A stretch of DNA of 64,000 bases from Eledone cirrhosa (lineage: Eukaryota), in the NCBI GenBank assembly GCA_964016885.1, contig OZ024742.1, forward strand, positions 358,236,001 to 358,300,000, read 5' to 3'. The notes under the pieces are model-generated. The model was given only the letters and a program-made list of their open reading frames with translations. It searched no databases and was not told the DNA's origin. Both the position numbers and the translations under genes were made by a program. Positions within the stretch are counted from its first letter, which is position 1. Each line of letters begins with the position of its first letter. Below, in pieces: positions 40,015 to 51,120 of this stretch.

Positions 40015-40298
40015 GTGGAAGATCTGCCTTCCTATCTGCATGGGTTGAAGCATCTAATATACACCAGTTTCTCTTTCCCTTTTGGTACCAGGATAAAAGG
40101 GGATAAAAGGTCCACACTGTAATTGTTGATGGCATTAGGAAGGGCATCTAGCCGTAGAAACTATGTCACAATCAGTTTGATATGAGCAAGACATGGTTAT
40201 CTGATATTATTTGTCTCACAACAGGACAACTCGTCTAATCCATGCTAGCAAGGAAAATGGATATTAAATGGTGTTATTGATGATAATGATGTTGATGA
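40015..40298 (+). mobile_element. Old element ending in an RTE-type 3' tail (truncated RTE or RTE-dependent SINE)
   Basis: TCCACACTGTAA..GGCATTAGGAAGGGCATCTAGCCGTAGAAA..CCATGCTAGCAAGGAAAATGGATATTAAA then (GAT)n-like sequence, colinear with 46466-46640. Confidence 0.75.
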
Positions 40299-40861
40299 AA
40301 GAATGTTGTGTGGTACAGGATGTTATTTTTCCCAAAACTTCTTGGAACTAGTTTGAAATAACTTTGTATTCAAATTGATGAATGTATTGGCAAATCTGCA
40401 TAATCTAGGGATTAATTAATTAATTTATTTAATCAAATTAAAAGTCCGTATAGAGCTAGTAAGCCATGACAGACTAGGGGAAGTATCAAGTACTCCTTAA
40501 AGTTGGTAATTAAAAAGAGCTAGTGGGACAAATAATAAAAGAATAACATGAAAAAACAGAAAAAATAAAATAAAAATTTCAAATATTGAAGGCCAATGGG
40601 AGGTAGATTATGTCATAAGAAAACTAAATAAAAAGGAAAATAGTAAACAAGGGAAGCTGTAAAACAACAGTTTCTGTTGAATCTTTTCGTAACTTCCATG
40701 TACTCAAAGATTTTGGTTATATTTGGTAGACCTTTAGCCATATATTGAACTTCTAATCGTGGTAGTTTATTGTCTTTGTATCCCATGTTAAAAAGTATGG
40801 ACTTTGTCAAGTTTAAGAATATCCAAGACATGTTATTTGCAATGATAGTAGTATCCCTTAA

Positions 40862-41082
40862 CCCTTTAGCATTTACATTACTTTATATATACTATTATAT
40901 TTATGTGTTAAAGGAATTACCTCATATAATTATCCCACATAATATGAAATCTATAGGATTTTGATATTATTTATTTTGAGAACAATACCTTTACATCAGT
41001 ATCAGTCACTAGTTATGACCAGTTTGTACAGAAAAAGGTGAGAGATTTCTGGCCAGATGCAGCCGGTTTAAATGCTAAAGGG
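40862..41082. mobile_element. piggyBac-type non-autonomous MITE
   Basis: Perfect 14-bp TIRs CCCTTTAGCATTTA (40862-40875) and TAAATGCTAAAGGG (41069-41082), flanked by TTAA on both sides. CCC..GGG ends and a TTAA target duplication are piggyBac hallmarks. Confidence 0.85.
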
Positions 41083-41423
41083 TTAAAATTCCATCAGGAG
41101 TTAAGGATCCATGCCATGACTTCCCATGTTAACATCTTCAATTCTGCTCTATAATTCATTTCTACCATCTCTGATGTCTCTGTCATTGATGATAGCTTTA
41201 ACTTTATCCCTTCACATTATAAACCCACTGTTTCATGCCCCTCCAATAATATTTCCTTTACCTTTTCACACTAAAACTGACACATTTTTCTCACAATTCC
41301 TCAAACTTAATCAAGTAGGCAGAATTCAGATTTCCATTCCAAATACTGTGTAGTATTGTTTTATCTTTAAACATACTCTGTTTACCACATCTGATTTCAG
41401 AGCCTCTGCACTTTTATATCACA

Positions 41424-41812
41424 CTAGCAGATTTACCCGGCGTTGCCCAGGGTTTGAAATGCAATAAAGAATAAACAAGAAACAAACGATAATATTAGTG
41501 ATTTATTTTCAAATGAATCTGATGTTTATATTTGTCAATAAAGTTGGTTATCTCCCTATTTTATAAAGATTGTCAATAAAGTTGGTTATCTCCCTTACAT
41601 CAATTTTACTACCGATAATTTTGATATCAATTTTTTATTGCTCAACGTGTGTCGATTTGAAAAATGTTTGTGATGTGACCATCTTAGTGACATGTGCAAC
41701 GTGCACAGAAAATTTGGTCAAATTCGGTTGGTAATTGTAAAAGCCTTAGGTATCCAAAGTTGCACACAGACACACACACATCCTCACTTTTATATATATA
41801 GAAGATAGAAGA
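41424..41812 (-). mobile_element. Non-autonomous Helitron
   Basis: The minus strand starts A|TCTTCTA..TCTATATATATAAAAG and ends with a GC-rich hairpin (CCCTGGGCAACGCCGGGT) about 7 nt before CTAG|T. No TSD. Internal 26-bp duplication TTGTCAATAAAGTTGGTTATCTCCCT. Confidence 0.85.
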
Positions 41813-42169
41813 TGACACATCTTGAATAATGAAAATACATACTGGACAATGCAATTCTACAATCTTCTAATATTACCAGATGTTTATGCTGAAATATCTT
41901 TTGTTATAGGTCTGCTTAATCATGGCTTTTATGGAGCTTAGCAACATCACTCCAACAAAAGTTACTACGAGAAATATTATATTCCCACACTCCTCCTCTT
42001 CTTCTTTTTCTTCTTCTTCTCCACCCCACCACAAGCAGCAGACACATTCTATTATACTTATGGACTTTTTATACTTACTTGTAGGTTATGAGTTCAAAAC
42101 CACATTACAAAGAAATGATACTTTATTGAATTCACAGCACCAGGACTATGATCGTGACATCTATCATCC

Positions 42170-42560
42170 CTAGTACCATCATTACTTTCCCCACCACAAC
42201 CATCATTACTTTCCCCACCACAACCATCATCTTCCCCACCACCACAACCATCATCATCTTCCCCACCACAACCATCATCTTCCCTACCACCACAGCCATC
42301 ATCTTCCCCACCACAACCATCATCTTCCCCACCACCACAACCATCATCTTCCCCACCACAACCATCATCATCTTCCCCACCACCACAACCATCATCTTCC
42401 CCACCACAACCATCATCTTCCCCACCACCACAACCATCATCTTCCCCACCACAACCATCATCATCTTCCCCACCACCACAACCATCATCTTCCCCACCAC
42501 AACCATCATCTTCCCCACCACCACAACCATCATCTTCCCCACCACAACCATCATCACCTT
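42170..42560. repeat. 21-27 bp minisatellite (CCACCACAACCATCATCTTCC with variable CAC/CAT triplets)
   Basis: About 17 tandem units, all multiples of 3, giving open frames on both strands. Confidence 0.95.
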
Positions 42561-44033
42561 CAACACCAGATATTTTACTTTGAATAAACCTCTCCATACT
42601 GTTCCAATTTTAGTATATGCATGCCCAAATAATAAGAGAAAGACAATTAACAATTCAGTTCAGGCTTGTGAGAAGAAATCTATTTTAACAGAAATTGTTC
42701 ACCTGTTATAATAGAACAGAGAATGTTAGATTATGGAGCATTTATTGAAACATAAATTTTGAACCCTTTCAAATTAAAATAAGATAAAGCATCAATTGTG
42801 ACAGATGCTTTTCAAAATACAATGCATTAAATCACGAAGTAGCAAACACTGACAGCATTCTATAGAGAGTTAAATTGTAGTCTTACCATGAATTTAAATA
42901 CTATTCCTGGCTTGAATAAAAAGAGATCATCATTTTGTTGAAGGTCAAATAAAGGCCAGTGTTATATCAAGATGTCATAGTTGGGGATTCACCACAAAAC
43001 TAAGGCTAATCAGAGGGGAACAAAGGAATATGTGTTAGTTTGAGATCTGTTAAAGGGAGAACTGTAAATGCAATGTAAAGCAAGATATGATAATATATCC
43101 ATCTGCCAGCTTTAATGATCAACGGAAATTAGAATTTTCAAGTGAAATATTAAAATACTTTTATGGCTTACAACTAATCAGTGGTACATTGTTATGTTCC
43201 TGCAGTTAATTCAGCACTGCCTCTAGTCATTTAAACATTCTATTACACTGTCTTGCTATTTTCTATGCAAATATGCATACTATGAAATAATGGTCTCATA
43301 ACTCCCGAGGAAGTTGTAGAAGCACTGCTTTGCTATACAGCATTTCTAGGGCATTTTAGAACCTGGTAGAGTCCATCTCCTCTCTTGTCTCTGATAAACT
43401 ATTCATTTGGTCTATCATGACCTGTCAAACCCATGACATCATGAAGAAAAACAGACACTGCTAATTATTTACCATTGTCATCATAATTTTTATGTTTGCT
43501 TTTTCATATTGACATGGGTTGAAAACAACTTTTTCTAGTTGTATTCTATGGCTATGTGTTCTTCCTTGTTTTTTGTTAGGTACTGATCTTCACACATTAA
43601 ACCACTGACCACCACTTAAGTCCTTTTTTATGAACTAGAGAATTATTATTTCATTGTTATATTTGGGGAGGTTCATGTTGACCAAATGTTGAAAAAAATA
43701 GTAAAACACACTCATGAATTGGTTTGGTTTTTACTTCAGAATATTTTTATAAATAAGTTAGTTGACAATCAATATCTATCATTGATTGAGCAACATTTAA
43801 AAATATAGATAGAGTTTCTCAAATTTCTTTCATTTCAACACATGATTTCATATCAAAACCTTACAAAACAAAGGCATATTATTTAATTAATATGATGATA
43901 ACTTAATATATGATCCTTACATAAAATTATGTTGGAAGCCATTTCTTTATTAAACATGATGTTTACTGTGGTTACCTCTGATTGAACACAGGACTTACAT
44001 GCACATGCACACACACATATATATATATATATA

Positions 44034-44082
44034 CATCATCATCATCACCATTTAACATCCATTTTTCCATGCTGGCATGGGT
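44034..44082 (-). mobile_element. Very short RTE 3' tail inside (TA)n
   Basis: (CAT)n CACCATTTAACATCCATTTTTCCATGCTGGCATGGGT, with TA repeats on both sides. Confidence 0.8.
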
Positions 44083-44130
44083 ATAATATATATATATATG
44101 TGTGCATATGTATATATATATTGTGTATAT

Positions 44131-44453
44131 CATCATCATCATCATCGTTTTACGTCCGTTCTTCCACACTAACATGGGTTTAGACGGGTTGTCCTGTTGT
44201 GGGGAGTATCCAGTCAGCTGACCTTGTCTTGTTCATACAGGAACTGATTATGGCTTGATTTCTACAGCTGGATACCCTTCCTAACACCAACCTCATTTAC
44301 AGTGAGTGCTGGGTGCTTTTTTCCGTGGCGCCTACACGTCCACTTTACAGTGTGAGCTGGGTGCTTCTTTTGCTGTGGCACCTCCACGACCACTTTGCAG
44401 TGGGAGGGTGTGGGGGCATATTGTCTATATGCTTCAGCTTCGGCTTGTTCCTG
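44131..44453 (-). mobile_element. RTE 3' UTR fragment, same subfamily as 57483-59690
   Basis: Colinear and highly similar to 57490-57805; bounded by (TA)n. Confidence 0.9.
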
Positions 44454-44540
44454 AATATATATATAGATATATATATGTGTGTGTATATATATATATATAT
44501 ATATACACATATAAAAAAGTGCAGGGCAATAAAAATAGAT

Positions 44541-46640
44541 GATAAGAAGGTAGCTTGGAAGTGTCACTACGAAAGGCTACTAAATGAGGAGAATAATTGG
44601 GAGAAAGACAGTCTCCCGCACATCGACCCAATAGAGGGACCAGCAGTGCAAGTTGAAGGTAGTATAATAAGTAAGGCGATCAAAGACATGAAGACGGGCA
44701 AGGCGGCCGGGCTTTCGGAAATAGTTGCTGAAATACTGAAAGCATCTGGAATGGTGGGACACACTATGGTCACTCGAATAGTAAACTAAGTCATACAGAA
44801 CAGGGTCGTTCCGAAGGACTGGTGCAGCAGCATCATCATTAGCTGCTACAAGGGTAAAGGTGATGCCCTAGATAGGGGAAACTATAGAGGCATTAAATTA
44901 ATTGATCAGGTCATGAAGGTCACAGAAAAAGTAATAGCGCAACTAATCAAAGAGCGAATTGATCTCGACGAAATTCAGTTCGGGTTTGTGTCAGGTAAAA
45001 TTATACCAGACGCTCTCTTCATTGTACAACAACTAAATGTAAACCCCTATACTTAGCTTTTGTCGACTTGGAGAAAGCCTGTGACAGAGTACCCTGCTCG
45101 ATTATCTGGTGGGACCTTAGAAAACTAGGTGTTGATGAATGGCTTGTGAGCCATTATAAAGAAACAGTCAGCAAGGTTAGAATTAACAATGAATATAGTG
45201 AAGAGTTTAGCGTAAAAGTTGGTGTTCATCAGGGCTCCGTTCTTAGCCCCCTACTATTTATTATCGCCCGCCAAGCTATAACGGAGGAGTTCAAGACCCG
45301 CTGCCCATGGGAACTTCTATACGCAGATGATCTAACGCTCATAGCTGAATCAATGGCGGAACTAGAGAAGAAATTCCAAACATTGAAGCATGGCCTAGAA
45401 TCAAATGGCCTTAAAGTTAACTTGTCTAAGACTAAAGTTCTAGTTTGTAGGAAGGAAAATAGGGCACCGGTCCCATCTGGGAAATGGCCATGCTCAGTGT
45501 GTAGGAAAGCAGTAGGCAGAAACTCCATTGTATGTCCCAAATGCAAAGTATGGGTGCATAAAAGATGTAGTGGGATCACAGGTAAGCTAACTAAGAATAT
45601 AGATTTTATATGTGGCCGGTGCTCTGGTGCAATAAGTAGCAGCAAGTGCCCAGGGAATACTAGCTCATTCCATTGCATAGATGGTTCTATAGAAATAGTG
45701 GACACCTTCCGTTACCTGGATGACAAAATCAGCAGTGGGGAAGGGTGCTCTGAAAGTACAGTAGCTAGAGTCAGAACGGGATCGAAAACGTTCAGAGAGC
45801 TTATACCACTATTGGCCGCTAAAGCGTTCTCTCTAAAAATGAAAGGCAGGCTGTATGATGCCTGCATACGAACTGTAATGTTGCATGGCAGTGAGACCTG
45901 GGCTTTGTGTGCAGAGGATATACGCAGACTGGAGAGAAAGGAAGCTTGCATGCTCTGCTGGATGTGTAATAGTAATATACGTGAACGGCAAAGCATAAAC
46001 GAACTAAGGGATAAATTAGGAATAAGAGGGATCAGATGTTGTTTACTCGAGAGAAGACTACGTTGGTACGGTCACGTGATGCGCATGAAAGACGATAGCT
46101 GTATAAAAAAGTGGAGGGCGATCAAAATAGACGGTAGCCACGGATTAGGCAGACCCAGAAAAACCTGGGACGACTTGATCAATTCCGACCTCACACACTT
46201 ACACCTCTCTTTGGCGCTACACAGTTATACAGAAGACCCGCCTTGCCCAAGTACAAAGGGAAACCTACACTCAGTAGGCACCTCTAACAAAATACACCCC
46301 CGTTCCACTACCCCCACCTCATCCACAACACCCCCTTAAATGTGAAGTTATGTTGGTACCACAACATCCAGTCCGAAACAAATGAGGTCGTGTAGGTGTC
46401 ACGACAAAAAATTACAGTTCACGCTGTAATGTGGCCGTGTAGGTAACACGGTAAAAACCTCCCAGTCCACACTGTAAACGTGGTTGGTGTTAGGTAGGGC
46501 ATCCAGCCGTAAAAATCCCGCCAGACAGTCCTGAGCAAGAAAACCAATCTTGCATCAAGTGGGACAATTACCGTCCAGACCGATGTTAGCGTGGAAAATG
46601 GATGTTAAACGATGATGATGATGATGATGATGATGACGAT
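44541..46640 (+). mobile_element. 5'-truncated RTE-clade LINE with RT pseudogene (copy RTE-A)
   Basis: Motifs AFVDLEKA, GVHQGSVLSPLLF, ELLYADDL, FRYL, RRLRWYGHVMR and GRPRKTW. In-frame stop near 44787 and a frameshift near 45035. 3' UTR with (GAT)n tail. Confidence 0.97.
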
Positions 46641-46667
46641 ATATATAGATATAGATAGATAGATAGA

Positions 46668-47702
46668 TTTCTTTATTAGCCACAAAGGCGCAACAAGAAA
46701 GGGGACAATACAAAGACATGCCGGGGATTTTACATACAGTCGTGTAAAAAATATAAAAACAAACAATTTCAACAATCGAAATCCCCAATAGGGGGGAGGC
46801 GCCACCAATGGGTTGTTTAATACCCCGTCGATAGAACAACCCTCAACTCAAGGAGCGTGTTGTGCAAGTGCTCCTTTCTTCCTTTTGCTCTCTTCCTCAA
46901 CCTACAGGCTTATAAACAGAGAAGGCCCAATCACTCGGGCCATTTTCGCTTCATTCACCCACCTTTCAGTAAATTTACTGGGGTGCAGTGCCTCTCTCTC
47001 CACCCTGATTCTCCTTCTAAAGTGATACTTAAAGAAGGGAATCAATTGTTGTCTGGAGAGAAAGGCATCTGTCCTCAGTCCTCTCAACCTCGTCCACCAT
47101 ATAACTTCTTTCACCATAGCCACCGTACAGAGGAAAACCGCCTCTCTTTCGTTTTTGAAGGAGTCTGGCGGTTTGATCCTTACTATGGGCTCGGCAGTCA
47201 ACTGTATTTGTCCCATACGCGACACCAGTTGTTCTGCATAGTTCCACAGGTCGCTTACGCCCGGGCAGTGTACAATTGCGTGCAGAACTGTTTCAATGTC
47301 CTGCGCACATCTTGGACACGTCCTCTTGGAAGGATCCCTGCCAGGGCGTCCGTGCCTGTAGATCTTGTCACGAACCGGTAGAGCTCCTCGGTAGCACTGC
47401 CAGGCCAGGGACCTCTGGAAGTTGTCCATAGGTCCCGGGCGGAAAGTCCTACCAAACATACTGGTGAGCTCATCGTCTTCGACGCCCAGAGTATCTCCGA
47501 GCACGTCGTCGCCCTTGTAACGTACAATCTCTCTATAGAATGTCGAAGTGGAGTCTCCACTGATTGCTGCGCCCGCTTGCCAGAGGACTGTGAGCGCCTG
47601 AGCGCATTCAATGTGCCAGGCGCCCATCGTTTTCGGTCTTTTCTTCACCCAGGACTGCAGCTCCGTTAGCGAGACTGCAGCTCCGTTAGCCTGTCTCACA
47701 AA
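46668..47702 (-). mobile_element. 5'-truncated Tx1/L1-clade LINE (ORF2 C-terminus plus 3' UTR)
   Basis: ORF 46902-47699 has the zinc knuckle CPRC-x8-H-x4-C. The 3' end is AATAAAGAAA. Colinear with 51121-52115 and flanked by (GATA)n on both sides. Confidence 0.93.
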
Positions 47703-47709
47703 TAGATAA

Positions 47710-47744
<35 letters not shown>

Positions 47745-47769
47745 TAGATATATATATGTGTGTATATAT

Positions 47770-50700
47770 CATCATCATCATCGTTTAACGTCCATCTTCC
47801 ACGCTAGCATGGGTCTGGACGGGAATACCCACTTGAGGCAAGATTGGTTGTCTTGCATGTATAGGACTGTCTGGCGGGTTTTCTACGGCTGGATGCCCTT
47901 CCTAACACCAATCAAGTTTACAGTGTGGACTGGGAGCTTTTTACCGTGTTACCTACACGGCCACATTACAGCATAGACTGTGTGTTTTTTTGTCGTGACA
48001 CCTACACGACCTCATTTATTTAGGATTGGATGTAGTGGTACCAATATAGCTTTATATCGAAAGGGGTGGTGTAGATGGCGGTGGGGGTAGGGGTAGTGGT
48101 TAAGAAGTGCCTACTGACTGTAGGTTTCGCTTTGTACTTAAGCAAGGCGGGTCTTCGGTATTACTGCGTAGCGCCAAAGATCACGGTCCAGTGACATTGT
48201 CTTGGAGAGGCGAAAGTGTGTGAGGTCAGAATTTATCAAGTCATCCCAGGTTTTTCTCGGTCTTCCTACTCCGTACCTACCGTGTATTTTGATCGTCCTG
48301 CACTTTTCTATACAGCTTTCGTCTTTCATGCGCATCACGTGACCATACCAACGTAGTCTTCTCTCGAGTAAACAGCATCTGATCCCTCTTATTCATAATT
48401 TCTCACTTAGTTCATTTATGCTTTGCTGTTCTCGTATATTACTATTACACATCCAACAGAGCATGCAAGCTTCGTTCCTCTCCAGTCTGCGTATATCCTC
48501 TGCACACACGGCCTGTGTCTCACTGTCATGTAACATCGCTGTTTGTATGCAGGCATCACACAGCCTGCCTTTCATATTTTGAGAGAAACCCTTAGCGGCC
48601 AAGAGTGGTATAAACTCTGAATTTTTTCCATCCCGTTCTGACTCTAGCTACTGTACTTTCGCAGCACGCTCCACCACTGCTGATTTTGTCACCCAGGTAA
48701 CGGAAGGAGTCCACTACTTCTATAGAACCATCTGGGCATTGGAAGGAGCTAGTATTCCCTGGGCACTTGCTGCTACTTATTGCACCAGAGCACCGGCCAC
48801 ATATAAAATCTATATTCTTAGTTAGCTTACATGTGATCCCACTACATCTTTTATGCACCCATACTTTGCATTTGGGACATAAAATGGAATTTCTGCCTAC
48901 TCCCTTCCTACACACTGAGCATGGCCATTTGCCAGAGGGATCCTGTGCCCTATTCCCCTTCCTACATATTAGAACTTTAGTCTTAGACAAGTTAATTTTA
49001 AGGCCTTTTGACTCTAGGCCATGCTTCCATGTTTGGAATTTCTTCTCTAGTTCCGCCATTGATTCGCTTATGAGCGTTAGATCATCTGCGTATAGAAGTT
49101 CGCATGGGCAGCGGGTCTTGAACTCCTCCGTTATAGCTTGGCGGGAGATAATAAATAGGAGGGGCTAAGGATGGAGCCCTGAGAAACACCAACTTTTACG
49201 CTAAACTCTTCATTATATTCGTTGTTAACTCTAAACTTGCTGACTGTTTCTTTATACATGGCTTGTATAGCTCTCACAAGCCATTCATCAACACCTAGTT
49301 TTCTGAGAGCCGACCAGATAATGGGGTGTGGGACTCTGTAAAAAGCTTTCTCCAAGTCAACAAAAGCTAAGTATAGGGGTTGTCGTACAATGAAATGAGC
49401 GTCTATGGTACCTTTACCTGACACGAACCCGAACTGCATTTCTTCTAGATCAATTCGCTCTCTGATTAGTTGCACTATTACTTTTTCTGTGACCTACATG
49501 ACCTGGTCAATTAATTTAATGCCTCTATAGTTTCCCCTATCTAGGGCATCTCCTTTACCCTTGTAGCAGTTAATGATGATGATTCCAGATGCTTTCAGCA
49601 TTTCAGCAACTATTTCCGATGGCCCAGCCCTCCTGCCTGTCTTCATACTTTGATTGCCTTACTTATTATACTACCCTCAACTTGCACTGCTGGTCCCTCT
49701 GTTGGATTGATGTGGGGGAGACTGTCTTTCTCCCATTTATTCTCCTCATTTAGTAGCCTTTCGTAGTGACACTTCCAAGCTACCTTCTTATAAGCGTTAG
49801 GGATGGCAAGTACACCATCATCATTAAGGACACACTTCTCCCCGACAATATCATGGTTTTCCTTGACACATTGCCTAACAATCCTGAACACCTCACGTTT
49901 TTGTTCCTCGGGTTGTAGAACATGCTTGAACTTTCTTTCCTCTGCTTCCCTTCTTGCGAAGTACACTTGTCTCCTAGCTTCCCTCCTGGCCACTTGATAG
50001 TCTTCTCTACTTCCCCCATCCCGCCATACTTTCCAAGCCTGCTTTTTGGCCTTGATCGAATCCTCCACCTTACTGTTCCACCACCACGTTACTCTCCTCC
50101 TGCCTATAGGTCTGCTCCAGCCACAGATTTCATCTGTCGCCTTCAACAGGTTAGCTTTCAGGAATTCCCACTGTTCCTCTATAGTGTACGACTCTAATTG
50201 CTCTTCCTTACTGTCAAAAGCATCAAGTAATATGCTTTTAAATATATTACTGGCTGTGGGGTCCTTTAGCTTCCATATTTTTCTCCTGGGGATTGTCCTC
50301 CTCTGTTGTCGAGTACGTCTTGTCCTGACTATGAGGTCGCTAACTATGAGGCTATGATGGGAGGTGCGTTCTTCATGTGGGAGAGATTTAGTGTTTACGA
50401 CAGACACTCTGTCACGTCTTCTGGTAAGGATATAATCTATCTGACTGGCGTGTTCCCCTGATCGATAAGTGATCAAGTGATTGTCTCGTTTTTTTAAAGT
50501 TTGTGTTACATATAGTTAGGTTATTTGCGTCACAAAATTCCAGGATTCTGGAGCCTTCCTCATTTCTAGTACCAAACCCATAGCCTCCATGGATTCCGTC
50601 ATAGCCGTCACAATGTTGTCCAACATGACCCTTTAGATCGCCAGCAATAATTATATAGTCATTGTCGGTTATTTGGGAGGTAGTGAGCATTAACGACTCA

Positions 50701-50920
50701 TAGAATCTGTCTTTTATAATGCCAGGCAGTCCGGATTGGGGTGCATACGCAGATATTATTGTCACAGTAGTTCTATTGAAGACAAGTCTTATTTTAATTA
50801 TTCTGTCGTTCACTCTATTTACGTCTATTATCTTATCTACCGATTTTTCTGCTAGCAGAATTCCTACTCCACCCAGCCCATTGTCATTTCCCACCCAGAA
50901 AAGCTTATAGCATCGTTTTT
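47770..50920 (-). mobile_element. Near-full-length RTE-clade LINE, APE endonuclease plus RT, frameshifted (copy RTE-B)
   Basis: EN motifs GVGILL, ISAYAPQ, IAGDL.GHVG and SQIDYIL. RT motifs QFGF, FVDLEKAF and YADDL. Several frameshifts, an internal deletion near 49583, and a (GAT)n tail. Confidence 0.97.

Positions 50921-51120
<200 letters not shown>

Noticed and set aside
42094-42711. Mucin-like (TTTIIFP)n or Gly/Asp/Cys-rich (GCGGEDD)n protein
   Set aside because: The frames are open on both strands only because the CAC/CAT-derived unit lacks stops. There is almost no synonymous variation and no convincing splice sites.
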